Shown here: positions 47,713-57,632 of the stretch, piece by piece
Numbering within the stretch: position 1 is the first letter of the stretch
How the letters are laid out: each line of letters opens with the position of its first letter
Assembly (NCBI GenBank): GCA_041660745.1
Contig: JBAZVT010000001.1
Span: 4,377 to 68,376 of the forward strand
Reading direction: 5' to 3'
Length of the DNA stretch: 64,000 nt
From: Minisyncoccota bacterium
Lineage (GTDB): Bacteria; Patescibacteriota; Minisyncoccia; Phycocordibacterales; JBAZVT01
Program-made: the position numbers and the translations under genes
The notes under the pieces: generated by a model
The model's input: the letters and a program-made list of their open reading frames with translations, nothing else
Databases searched by the model: none
What the model was told of the DNA's origin: nothing

Positions 47713-47989
47713 GTTGCAAGTCCAGATTCTGATCATCAGTGGATACCCTGGCATAACCAATCAACATTTTTTGTTTGTCCTTTAGTCCAATAAGTCTCAA
47801 GGGCAGAGTATATTTGGAATTTGTTTTGTGCAATAGATTTATGGACTCTGGAAGCCTTATAAAACGGCGTCAGAAATTGAAAGGTTAACAAGTCCAGAAA
47901 ACGTCCGTTTTTTGGACGCTGTATTTTATTTTATGTGGTGCAAAATTGGTGCTATATTGGTGTATAATATATTTTTGAAAGGTCAGACA

Positions 47990-48241
47990 ATGGTAAGACA
48001 AAGCATATCCGTATCGGAACCCAACGACGAATGGTTGAAGGCTCAAGTCGCCAGTGCAGAGTACAGCAGTAAAAGCGAAGCGATTAACGACTTAATTAGA
48101 CAAGCGCGGCGGCGGCAGCTTGAAATAGAGCACATTCGCTCTGAACTGATTAAAGCGGAACAGAGTGGTTTTATCGACGAGCAGCCGGAAGATTTATTGG
48201 CTAACTTCAAGGAAGAAGCACGGCAAGATGGGCTCTTATAA
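47990..48241 (+). CDS. parD: ParD-family antitoxin (RHH)
   Basis: MVRQSISVSEPNDEWLKAQVASAEYSSKSEAINDLIR..LIKAEQSG. Confidence 0.88.
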   Translation: MVRQSISVSEPNDEWLKAQVASAEYSSKSEAINDLIRQARRRQLEIEHIRSELIKAEQSGFIDEQPEDLLANFKEEARQDGLL

Positions 48242-48515
48242 ACTTTCGAAAAAAGCCCGCACCGATTTGAAGAGAATCTGGTTATACGGCGTTAAAACGC
48301 ACGGAAATCAGAGAGCCGATCAATATCATCAAGGGATGCTTGATCGTTTTGCACTAATTGCAGAACAGCCTTATTTATATCAGGCCGTTGACTATATCCG
48401 TGCAGGGTATAGGCGAAGTGTGTATGGCACCGACAGCTTTTATTACCAGATCAATGGCGGTATAGTCGAAATCATGACTATCTTAGGCCATCAGGATACT
48501 GAAGACTGGCTATAA
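48228..48515 (+). CDS. parE: ParE-family toxin
   Basis: YKLSKKARTDLKRIWLYG..G..AD.Y, IRAGYRRSV and ILGHQD; overlaps parD. Confidence 0.88.
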   Translation: MGSYKLSKKARTDLKRIWLYGVKTHGNQRADQYHQGMLDRFALIAEQPYLYQAVDYIRAGYRRSVYGTDSFYYQINGGIVEIMTILGHQDTEDWL

Positions 48516-48887
48516 CAAGCAGTCGTGTTTCCAGCCGCCATTTTAATCTGTGGAAAGTCCGGTGCTATACAAACCCGTAAAGCGCGTGTGACCTACTCAG
48601 CCTTTGCGGACACTGGACTTTTCTGAAAGCCGACGTTCCGGAATGACTGTTTTCATGCTCCGCGAATCAATGCTGACGACCCGTTGCGGACTATCGTCTA
48701 ATCTGATTCAATGACCGCAATTTGTTGTTTACCAGCCATACCGACTATGCTTCGATGATATACAGAAGGGAAATTCATATGCTGATCAATAATTTATAGT
48801 ATCGATGATCATTTTTCTGTAGATATACGGAAACTATCTAATTTCTTGTTTGGCGACGAAGCATTTCAGAAGATGCAATGAACAACG

Positions 48888-49859
48888 GTGAAATCAATGA
48901 ATCGCGATGAATACAAGGGAGTTTTAAACACCCTATCCGAGCAACAAAAGGAATTGATTGATATTCTGAAAAGAAATAACGGCGATAAAAAAGATTTTTG
49001 GGATAAGTTTTCAGCAGCCTCGACGTTTCTTTCAGGCGTAATTGTCGCTCTAGTCGGACTGTATTTTACAAATAACTACAATGTTCAACAGGCTTCAAGA
49101 GATGAAAGTTCCAAATCCCAGCAATTACGATTGGCCCAGGTCGAATTAATACATAAATTTATCCCACAATTAAACGGCACTGAAAAAGAAAAGAAATTAG
49201 CTATCATTGCGATCTCATCATTAGGTAATGCCGAATTAGCAACCAAGATTGCTGTTCTTGACCAAAGTAATGGAGCAAAATCAGCACTCGAATCTTTGGC
49301 AAAGTCTGGTAATAGTGAAGAAAAAAATCTTGCGCAGCAAGCTCTAGAAAATTTCGAACAATTCAAATCGCATCTTTCTAATGTGCAAGGCGGGGGCAAG
49401 ATAGGTCGAGCCGTGATAGAAAAAGTAGCTCAAGACTTAAAATCAGGAGTATGGGAAGAAGGTGGGAGTAACAAGGGTGAACTCATTAATAAGTTTCTTT
49501 CTAATATTGGCTTACCGGAAGGTACGCCTTGGAGTGCCGCATTTGTTTCATGGTACTTCTCACAAGTTAAAAACCCACCTCCTTTTAAGCCGTCAGGGTC
49601 TTGGGCAGCAATTGAAGCTGAATTTAAGCAAAAAGGATGGCTCCTCGAAAACAGCGATCATAGCCCCCAGCCTGGCGATATAATGTTTATTACTAATCAA
49701 AAAAGTCATCATGGGGGCATAGTTCTCCGCTACGAAAATGGGCAAGTCGAGGTGATTGAAGGAAATGTATCTATTGGACAAGGAAGTGAAGGAAAAATGG
49801 CAGCGGTCAAAATCCGACAACTCCAACCGAATATGAGTTTCGGTCATGTTCCAGATTGA
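48888..49859 (+). CDS. Membrane-anchored protein with C-terminal CHAP/DUF2272-like domain
   Basis: TM helix, helical region, then E.GGSNKG..PWSAAFVSW..PQPGDI..HHGGIV..IEGN. Confidence 0.8.
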   Translation: MKSMNRDEYKGVLNTLSEQQKELIDILKRNNGDKKDFWDKFSAASTFLSGVIVALVGLYFTNNYNVQQASRDESSKSQQLRLAQVELIHKFIPQLNGTEKEKKLAIIAISSLGNAELATKIAVLDQSNGAKSALESLAKSGNSEEKNLAQQALENFEQFKSHLSNVQGGGKIGRAVIEKVAQDLKSGVWEEGGSNKGELINKFLSNIGLPEGTPWSAAFVSWYFSQVKNPPPFKPSGSWAAIEAEFKQKGWLLENSDHSPQPGDIMFITNQKSHHGGIVLRYENGQVEVIEGNVSIGQGSEGKMAAVKIRQLQPNMSFGHVPD

Positions 49860-50313
49860 TAAAATCCGAGCCTAACAGAGCGTTCCAGCGAACTGCGCTA
49901 AACATCGCGTTATTTCGAAGCAGATTTTAGTTTCAAGTATGTGCTGAATGGCGGTTTATCTGACGGTCGCCACACGACCCCTTGTTGACGTTCGAAGGTT
50001 AGCGCTTAAGTCGGCAGGCGACCCTAAAGCGGCATTCATAGATGCATAGGCAATGTCGGAAGGAGGAGCCAATAAGCCGTCGTTAGCATCACTTCGCACG
50101 GAGTGTTAAGCTTGCTTTAGCGTAAACGGCACATTTTCAATGTTCGCTTAGGCTATACCCAAAATGGACACCCAATTGGCTAAATTAGTGGAGATTCACA
50201 CCCGCTATTTATGCAGCCTGGTAAGGTTGCAACGTGTTTAGCATCTTAAGCTTGTCTAAGACTTAGTGCTGAAATCGGCTTAGAATGTTGATACGACTTT
50301 TGCAATTATGCGC

Positions 50314-52827
50314 CTAAGTTTCTATGACAATTGGCGCAGCTATTTCTAGCTGTTGAGCTACTGCGTTGTAAATATCAACATCAGTTTCTGGTGTGCGAAT
50401 AGAAACAATCAAACTATATCTAACTGGTAATTTAAACCGTTCTAGTTTTGGGCGGGTTCGCCACCAACCCATTGCTGGGTATATGGCCAGAAAACCACGG
50501 CTAGCTAGGTCTGCTGCTGTGCCTTCCCAAATGTCCTGATGAAGCGAGCCTTTATGTCTATTTTGATCTCCTAATTTCCAATCAGGGTCTTTAGTGCTAA
50601 TTTGTTGCTCATCTTCTACAAGTATTATGGCGGCACTTATGCGGGCAAGAAAGTCTTCAGTTGATTCCAAGGCTCTACGAACGTCAAACCGTAAGCGACA
50701 AGATGGATAATGGAACTTTGAGGCAGTTCCCCGTGCCGAAGGGTTTGGTTCAATAAAATAAGATAAAGTAACACGCATTTGCACTGTTGTTGCGCCTAGA
50801 GCTTCAAGTTCCTCTTTAGGCCAAGGCAGGCTATGAAGATTCATATCCCTTGTTTTTACACTTTCGCCTTTTTCTTTTTTGTAAGGATGAATTGCATCTT
50901 CAACGATGAGCGTTAATGAATTTGATGCACTCCATTTTGCAACCTCAATATCAGGCACACCCCAACCACAATGCCTGATTAAGTTAACGTAATCATTTTT
51001 AGTGGGGGGCTTATTTGCAGGCAAGTATTTATGACGCATGTTTTCTGTCCATGCAGCCGAATGGACAATTAATGCCCGAATAGTTTCTGGGCTAATATGT
51101 GGGTATGCCATCATGAGCTTTGCGGCCATTCGTGCGCACAGCGCGGATGCAGCACTGGTTGCATTTGTAGTAGTAAACAATTTTTCTGTAGGCTTGTAGT
51201 GTGTGGTCAGCAAATTGAGGCTAGGTAGAGTTCCTATAAAACCATCATGAATGTTTTTACCCAAATTGCCACCCTCAAACACTACGTCTGGTTTCAATGG
51301 CCACACCTTATCCCAACTAGCTGAGGTTGTGCTGAAAGGACTTAGTTCACCAGAATTGGCAACCGCTTGTAAAGTAGGTTCATGTGTTTCAGTTTTTTCA
51401 GTAAATGCGCCAACAGTAATCGCATTCCAAGCTTGTCCTGGATCGTGGATCAAATTTGTTGAAAGGCTATCGGGGTAGCCATCCCATGCATTTTTCTCTT
51501 TAATATTTCCAGCTGAAAGAATGATTAAACGTCGGAACTGACCAGCACCATCTGCATCTGATGCTAGTCGATCTACCATTGCAGACCAAGACGAGGGACG
51601 ACCTCGATCCCTAAAATCTGAAGCTGTTACAGCGGAGCTAAAAACACGAGGCCGATTTGGCGCAACAACTTCTGGTTGACTTACAGCATCGCCAAAGAGT
51701 TTGGCGTGGAATTTAGAGTCACCGTGATTATCTCCTTCATTTTTAATGATTTTGACAGACTCTAAAAGGAAATCAACCTGAATAGGTTCATTAGTTGATA
51801 GCGCCTCAGTTAAATCACCATAAGCAGTTACACCAGCAAGGCCAGTGCCATGGTTTGATTCATCATTTGTACCCCAGGCAGGCTCAACCGTAAATAAATC
51901 AACTGAGGTTATCACGGGGGCAAGCAAGGCATGGCCTCGATTAACCCCTGAATCAATTAAACAAACTCTAGCCGTATTGTCATCTTGATTAGGGAATGTA
52001 GTACGTTCGAGCAGATTGGCTTGCCACTTCTGCTGTTCTTCATTATTCATACCGTCGAAAAACTCTGCCGTTTCTTTTGCTCGTCTGAGTTCGGCAACAC
52101 AATTGAGTGTCATTACAGATTGAGATAATTTTTGCTCTGATCCATACATCAACACAACTGTTCGCTCAGGAAAATCAACTCTAGCGTCACTCACAGTGCA
52201 ACCAGCAGCATTTGCCAGTTTATTAAAATCTGCTACTACCGTTTCGCGATCACCTCGGTTTGTAAGCCAAACTTCCCACCAAAATAATTCTTCATGATTT
52301 TGGGGTAAGACATTTATATCATCAGTCCATAAAGCACGAAGTTCCGCAGTTCTTATTGCATTGATGGTGTTTAAAAGTTTTTTATTGTCGTTAGGTTTGC
52401 CATTTTTATCTTTTTTTTCGGCAAGATAGTCCGTGATCAATTTTTCAAAGTGCTCTAGCTTGCCATCAGGTACGAAAACATTTGCTATCGTATTGTCTCC
52501 ATCTTTTCGGATGCTTAGTAATTCAATGTGCTTCGTATCGTTGCCAATGCTTTCAAAGGCTAGCTCGACATCTGGCTGGCTTTGAAATTGAATTTGAAGA
52601 CCTAAGCCACTCTCAAGGCCCAGCTCTTGCTGCAATCCAATTGTTTGCTGAGCAATAGGTTTTATTAACTCTAGCTGAGCTAAAAGCGAGGTGCCATGTT
52701 GATTGCGGGGTAATTCAGGTATAACAGTTTTTGAGCCACCACCCGTATTATGAGCGGTGAAATCTTTTGGTACGGACGTTTTGCTAAGGATTAAATGGGG
52801 TCGTTTATTTTGCGGTTGATTTGCCAT
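50314..52827 (-). CDS. ietS: S8 subtilisin-like peptidase of an IetAS-type system
   Basis: Catalytic motifs IDSG, HGT and ATS; SAGN and KPDVVFEGGN; C-terminal TLSYFIEPNP..GWWR; overlaps the AAA ATPase gene. Confidence 0.88.
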   Translation of the reverse strand: MANQPQNKRPHLILSKTSVPKDFTAHNTGGGSKTVIPELPRNQHGTSLLAQLELIKPIAQQTIGLQQELGLESGLGLQIQFQSQPDVELAFESIGNDTKHIELLSIRKDGDNTIANVFVPDGKLEHFEKLITDYLAEKKDKNGKPNDNKKLLNTINAIRTAELRALWTDDINVLPQNHEELFWWEVWLTNRGDRETVVADFNKLANAAGCTVSDARVDFPERTVVLMYGSEQKLSQSVMTLNCVAELRRAKETAEFFDGMNNEEQQKWQANLLERTTFPNQDDNTARVCLIDSGVNRGHALLAPVITSVDLFTVEPAWGTNDESNHGTGLAGVTAYGDLTEALSTNEPIQVDFLLESVKIIKNEGDNHGDSKFHAKLFGDAVSQPEVVAPNRPRVFSSAVTASDFRDRGRPSSWSAMVDRLASDADGAGQFRRLIILSAGNIKEKNAWDGYPDSLSTNLIHDPGQAWNAITVGAFTEKTETHEPTLQAVANSGELSPFSTTSASWDKVWPLKPDVVFEGGNLGKNIHDGFIGTLPSLNLLTTHYKPTEKLFTTTNATSAASALCARMAAKLMMAYPHISPETIRALIVHSAAWTENMRHKYLPANKPPTKNDYVNLIRHCGWGVPDIEVAKWSASNSLTLIVEDAIHPYKKEKGESVKTRDMNLHSLPWPKEELEALGATTVQMRVTLSYFIEPNPSARGTASKFHYPSCRLRFDVRRALESTEDFLARISAAIILVEDEQQISTKDPDWKLGDQNRHKGSLHQDIWEGTAADLASRGFLAIYPAMGWWRTRPKLERFKLPVRYSLIVSIRTPETDVDIYNAVAQQLEIAAPIVIET

Positions 52828-53824
52828 TATTTTTATTGATGAGGTGACCGCTTATAAGTTTTCGTTCTTCTAACATCCGCAACAGATCAATTTCTTCGAT
52901 TGAAGTTTTGTCATGAATAATTGCATCTTTTAATGATTCATCAATGGCTTTGGAAATCTCGGCATAACTCATTCCAATTGCTGCGACAGCAACTTTTTTC
53001 CACGCCAATCGTTTAGGTTTAAATCCAGCTAGCCTTGATTTCAGGATTGAAGTTACTTGCTCTTCATTTGGTAAGCCGTACTGAATCATATCGTCAAAGC
53101 GACGGAATAAAGCATAATCGAGGGCTTCTGGGTGGTTTGTGGCGGCAATAATCACGCTATTAGAATTATCATGTTCAAGCATTTGCAAAAAGCTGTTCAA
53201 GACTCTACGAATTTCCCCAACGTCATTCGCTTGTCCACGTTGTGAACCAATTGCATCAAATTCATCAAAAAAGTATATACCTCTAACATTAGCGACGGCA
53301 TCAAATATTTGACGAAGCTTGGCGGCAGTTTCACCCATGAATTTTGTGATGAGTGAATCAAGTCTTACAGAAAATAATGGGATACCAAGCTCGCCGGCCA
53401 AAGCAGATGCAGTCATTGTTTTACCAGTACCTGGAGGGCCGACTAAAAGCAGTTTGCGGCGAGGTGATAAGCCGTGCTCTCTTATTTTTCCAAAAAAACG
53501 TTGTTCCTTTATAATCCTATGAAGACTATCTTCGACAGTCCTATCGAGAACCATATCCGATAATCTTGAGTTCGGGAATGAAACAGTGAGCAGATTAGCC
53601 AGCTCACCCTGAGGTTTATTTAAGGGTACTAGTTTCTTGGAAGCATCATTTTTATTTGCTTTTAGTTTGGCAGCATCAATCAAATCACGTAATTCTAAAG
53701 CGAGTTTCCCATGGCCAAGCTTAGCTTCATGAGCAGCAACCTGCATGGCCACTGAGTAAAAAAGGCTATCATCGCCGCTAACATGCGATTTTAATAACGC
53801 TTTAATTTGTTCTGCACTTGCCAT
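52805..53824 (-). CDS. ietA: AAA ATPase of an IetAS-type system
   Basis: MASAEQIKALLKSH, GPPGTGKT, FFDEFD, AATNH and LFRRFD. Confidence 0.9.
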   Translation of the reverse strand: MASAEQIKALLKSHVSGDDSLFYSVAMQVAAHEAKLGHGKLALELRDLIDAAKLKANKNDASKKLVPLNKPQGELANLLTVSFPNSRLSDMVLDRTVEDSLHRIIKEQRFFGKIREHGLSPRRKLLLVGPPGTGKTMTASALAGELGIPLFSVRLDSLITKFMGETAAKLRQIFDAVANVRGIYFFDEFDAIGSQRGQANDVGEIRRVLNSFLQMLEHDNSNSVIIAATNHPEALDYALFRRFDDMIQYGLPNEEQVTSILKSRLAGFKPKRLAWKKVAVAAIGMSYAEISKAIDESLKDAIIHDKTSIEEIDLLRMLEERKLISGHLINKNNGKSTAK

Positions 53825-54232
53825 AGCTGAGCCAGGGTTGCTTTTAATTAAGGATATTATGCCAGTTTTTGACTAAGGCCTAATCTTTTAAATGTATAAC
53901 CTTAACATCTGTAAAGTTATGCTTTTTTTATGTCCTCAGTTGACCATAAGCTATATTCATTTAAGGTCTGCAAACTCAAGCCCATATGATCTATGTAATC
54001 TGATTGCCAATGGTTAATCACTTAAATATAGTACAGTAAAGTGACTCCTGGTCGATGTTTGTAGTTCGCTACAATTAGCAGTCGCATTAAGTTTTTTGCC
54101 GATTGCTTGGGCTTGGATGCCCAAAACAAGCTTCCCCAAAATAGCGACTCCTCAATCCTATAGAAAGCGCATCACCCTACCCCAAGAATCCAGCCTTCGA
54201 CTCCGACAATCCCACGTTCCGGTAGAGTAAGG

Positions 54233-54681
54233 TTAGCTAACTAGTGCTAACTTATATTTAGACGTAGCCGAACTATCAATTTGATCTGCAATATTGACTA
54301 GGTAAGCGAGTTCATCGCAAATTTCACTCAAAGACATTTGATGCTCGGAATTTAAATCAAATTGCTCCGTAAAGTATTGAAGAAATTTTTCATCCACAAT
54401 TCCATTTCTATGCGAATACAAATGTCTTATTTGAAGGATTTTTTCAATTTTTTCTTGTACTTGCTGGGTAATAACATTGAGTTCATTTATTTGCCGATTA
54501 TCCTGAATAAAACCTTTTACGCTGCCTTTTTGTAGCTTTCCAATTTGTTTATTAGCCCAATAATTTACAAATTCCTGCAAATCCGAACAGTCCAAAACTT
54601 CTTTAATGCTCACTTGTTGATTTGATTTCAATGTTTCCGGTTTCGCAAGAAAAATTTCATACAACAAATCAGACAAATAGG
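54233..54681 (-). pseudogene. 5'-truncated HEPN-like (Rx4H) protein
   Basis: RHLYSHRNGIVD motif; the apparent ORF start (54721) lies inside the transposon end that begins at 54682. Confidence 0.65.
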
Positions 54682-54752
54682 TGTAGCGGCTTGCATTTAT
54701 CGAACCCCGCTCGCATTTCATTTTTATTGGCTCACTTTAATTGCAAATGAAT
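54682..54752 (+). mobile_element. Transposon end (element lay to the right)
   Basis: TGTAGCGGCTTGCATTT..GCTCGCATTT..GCTCACTTTAATTGCAAATGAA; related to the end at 25079. Confidence 0.75.
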
Positions 54753-55255
54753 ATCGACCCAAACTATCCCCGGAGCAGAATTAAAGTGATTTGGCTAACG
54801 AGCCTGTGAACTCTCACCCTATATTGTAATATGGCTGCATACAAGCAGAAAGCGGACAGTTTATTCTGGCGATTTACTGAATATGTCGTTAAGGTTTGTT
54901 AGACACCTGCCCACAGAGGTAAGCCTTGGCAGTATGCTAACAAATACGGTGGGCAGGTGTTTGACAAAGCTCGAAGGAGGAAACCGCGGAAGAAGCGCTT
55001 CGATTTACGAATGTCGTTGCGCTATGGGCATTTGATGGTTCGATCTGTTGGTTTTTGCACCGCTCGTGCCCATTTGATTAAAAATAATCAACTTCAGAAA
55101 GTCATGTTTGCCGTCAAAGCCGATATATCGATGGCTTTTCTGGTCCAGTGTAAAGGGAAAAAACCTTTTTTTACAAGCGAGGGCAATAGCTTTCCCTATC
55201 GGTGCTGATTGATGAGTATCAGCCCGGTGTTGACGGCAAGGTAAGACCTTATTGG

Positions 55256-56446
55256 TTACGCCGCACATCGTTGCCACGGTGGTGCCCTGATCAGTGTTTC
55301 GCGTGTAAAGACACTGACGATAACCATGGCCGCCCCACAATCCGGGCAGGTGAAGGTGGGCTGGACGGGTTCGTCGGTTACTGTTTTGCCGTTGGGTTCG
55401 TTAATCGAGGTTGTAACTTGTAACAGTTCCCGTGCTTTTTCGAGGTTATCCTTCCGCCCCGAATTAGCCAGCAAGCCATAATGACGGATGCGGTGAAAGC
55501 CGCTGGGCAGCACATGCAACAGGAAGCGTCGCATGAACTCGTCTTGGCTGAGGACCATGGTTTTGTGGCGGTTATGGCCATTGACCCGGTAATCCTTGTA
55601 ACGAAAAGTGACCCCTTTTTCATCGGAGGCGATAAGCCGCTGATTGGAAATCGCCACCCGATGGGTATAGCGTGACAGGTACGCCAGGACGGCGGCAGGC
55701 CCGGCAAACGGTTTTTTGGCATAGACTACCCATTCACAGCGCTTTAGCGGCGCGACCCAATCGGCAAAAGCTTGCCTATTGTGCAGCTCGGCATATTCAC
55801 CAAAGAACCGCAGTTGGCCGCTACCATAGGCTTTGCCGAGTCCTTCCAGGAACCGCCGCCGAAACAGCCGCGACAGCACCCTGACCGGGAGAAAGAAACC
55901 CGGTTTACAGGCTATCCAACGTTCGCCGTCCTGCGACAGGCCGCCGCCGGGGACGATGCCATGGACATGCGGATGGTGGGTCATGGCCGAACCCCAGGTA
56001 TGCAGCACCAAGGTCGCCCCGATGTGTGCGCCCAAATGTTTGGGGTCGGCGGCAATCGTCCGCAGCGTTTCGGCGGCCATATCGAACAGCAACTTACAGA
56101 CCACGGCCTTATTGTAATAGGCAATGGCTGCGATTGGTGCCGGCAAGGTGAACACTACGTGGTAATACTCCACCGGCAAGAGGTCGGCTTGGCGAGCCTT
56201 GAGCCAACGCCGCGCCGCATTGCCCTGGCATTTCGGGCAATGCCGGTTACGGCAGGAATTATACGCAATTCCGTCATGCCCGCAGGCACGGCAATGCAGC
56301 ACATGCCCGCCGAGTTCGGCGCTGCGGCAGTGTTCGATGGCGGACATCACCTTGAGCTGGCCTAAACTTAAATGGCCGCGCTGGGTTTGTCGCCAAGCCT
56401 CCCCATGGCGGCGGAAAATATCCGCCACCTCCAAGACTGGACGCAC
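55256..56446 (-). CDS. IS91-family (Y2 HUH) transposase
   Basis: Zn-binding CR..LGGH..C..C..YNSCRNRHCPKCQ, HVVFTLP, LHTWG..HPHVH, YLSRYTHRVAI and RIRHYG. Confidence 0.95.
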   Translation of the reverse strand: MRPVLEVADIFRRHGEAWRQTQRGHLSLGQLKVMSAIEHCRSAELGGHVLHCRACGHDGIAYNSCRNRHCPKCQGNAARRWLKARQADLLPVEYYHVVFTLPAPIAAIAYYNKAVVCKLLFDMAAETLRTIAADPKHLGAHIGATLVLHTWGSAMTHHPHVHGIVPGGGLSQDGERWIACKPGFFLPVRVLSRLFRRRFLEGLGKAYGSGQLRFFGEYAELHNRQAFADWVAPLKRCEWVVYAKKPFAGPAAVLAYLSRYTHRVAISNQRLIASDEKGVTFRYKDYRVNGHNRHKTMVLSQDEFMRRFLLHVLPSGFHRIRHYGLLANSGRKDNLEKARELLQVTTSINEPNGKTVTDEPVQPTFTCPDCGAAMVIVSVFTRETLIRAPPWQRCAA

Positions 56447-56452
56447 CCTGGC

Positions 56453-57331
56453 TTACTCAGGCGGCAAGTTCTCCAAGGGGCTGACGACTTCTCGCAGGAT
56501 TTGGGTGGCCACTTGGGTATAAAGCGCGGTGGTTTCCAGCTTCTTATGCCCGAGCATGACCTGGATCACGCGGATATCGACTTTCTGTTCCAGCAAATGG
56601 GTGGCAAAACTGTGCCTTAGCGTATGCATTGAGACGCGCTTTTGGATCTTCGCCGCCTCGGCGGCAGCGTGTATTGCCCGGTTGAGCTGCCGGGTGCTCA
56701 GCGGTTCAAACGGGTTCAGGCCTGGGAACAGCCAACCGCCACCGCCCGGCATCTTGCCCTGGGCACGGGCAACCCGCCACCAAACCCGCAAGCGCTCGAC
56801 CAACACCGGTGACAACATGGCATAACGGTCTTTCTGGCCTTTGCCCCGCTCGACCCGCAAGGTCATGCGCTGGCTGTCAATGTCACTGACCTTCAAACCA
56901 ACGACCTCACTGGCTCGGAGTCCCGTCCCATAGGCAACGGACAGCGCCGTTTGCCACTTCAGGTTGCCGGCGGCGGCAATCAGGTGCGCCACTTCCTCAC
57001 GGCTCAGCACCACCGGCAATGTCCGCGGCACATAGACGGGTTGCATCTTGGCCATTAATTCACCCCGGTCAAGGGTTACATCGAAGAAGAATTTTAATCC
57101 GGTGATGGTGGCGTTCAATGTGATCGGCGAGGTGCCTTGGTCTACCAGGTATAACTGGAAGCGCCGTAACTCTTCGACCGTGGCGTTATCGGGTGCGCGA
57201 CCCAGAAAACAGGTTAAACGCCGGACTGCCCGAATATAAGCGGTTTGGGTTTTGTCACTAAGCTTACGCATCCGCATGTCGTCGAGCATACGTTGACGTA
57301 AGGGACTGATGGTTTGGGTTGATGATGGCAT
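56453..57331 (-). CDS. Tyrosine recombinase/integrase associated with the IS91-like transposase
   Basis: SPLRQRMLDDM, YGTGLRASE, GKGQKDR, HTLRHSFATH and LGH..TT.LY; AGGAG RBS before ATG 57331. Confidence 0.95.
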   Translation of the reverse strand: MPSSTQTISPLRQRMLDDMRMRKLSDKTQTAYIRAVRRLTCFLGRAPDNATVEELRRFQLYLVDQGTSPITLNATITGLKFFFDVTLDRGELMAKMQPVYVPRTLPVVLSREEVAHLIAAAGNLKWQTALSVAYGTGLRASEVVGLKVSDIDSQRMTLRVERGKGQKDRYAMLSPVLVERLRVWWRVARAQGKMPGGGGWLFPGLNPFEPLSTRQLNRAIHAAAEAAKIQKRVSMHTLRHSFATHLLEQKVDIRVIQVMLGHKKLETTALYTQVATQILREVVSPLENLPPE

Positions 57332-57632
57332 GATAGTTCTCCTACTATGAAACAAGGCGGATTGCCTCATTTCAAAACATAGAAAACAGTCATCAACTGT
57401 CAATTAATAACCAACATTTAATAACGCCAGTTAACCAACCCCATCATTGGCCTTCTTTTAATACACGCTGGCCAAACGGCGCACCCCTACCGCGCGAGCG
57501 GTTTAGTCCTTCGGTCAAGACCAGCCATTCGAGGTTTTCGAGAACTGACTTTCAGATAGTAAAAAAACAGACACTCAGTACTAAGTCATTTTTAAATAAA
57601 CCATAGTTGGGGTCATGTGGAAGAACCCCTAG

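Larger units (their letters stand above)
54895..57509 (-). mobile_element. Integrase + IS91-like transposase element (approximate limits)
   Basis: Two-gene operon bounded by a 20-bp-stem hairpin (54895-54968) and CTACCGCGCGAGCGGTTTAGTCC (~57487-57509). Confidence 0.7.

Noticed and set aside
49870-50111. Complete integron attC site
   Set aside because: Only the RYYYAAC side is evident; no complementary GTTRRRY at a plausible distance and no IntI in the window.
50150-50195. Possible IS3-like terminal repeat (CCCAAAATGGACAC)
   Set aside because: Too short; no partner IR or transposase remnant seen.
54957-55340. ORFs 54957-55208 and 55005-55340
   Set aside because: Lie in the structured non-coding end of the IS91-like element; no protein motifs.
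56453-57331. Tyrosine recombinase as the ICE integrase or an integron IntI
   Set aside because: Short (~292 aa), coupled to the IS91-like transposase, and lacks both an arm-binding domain and the IntI-specific insertion.
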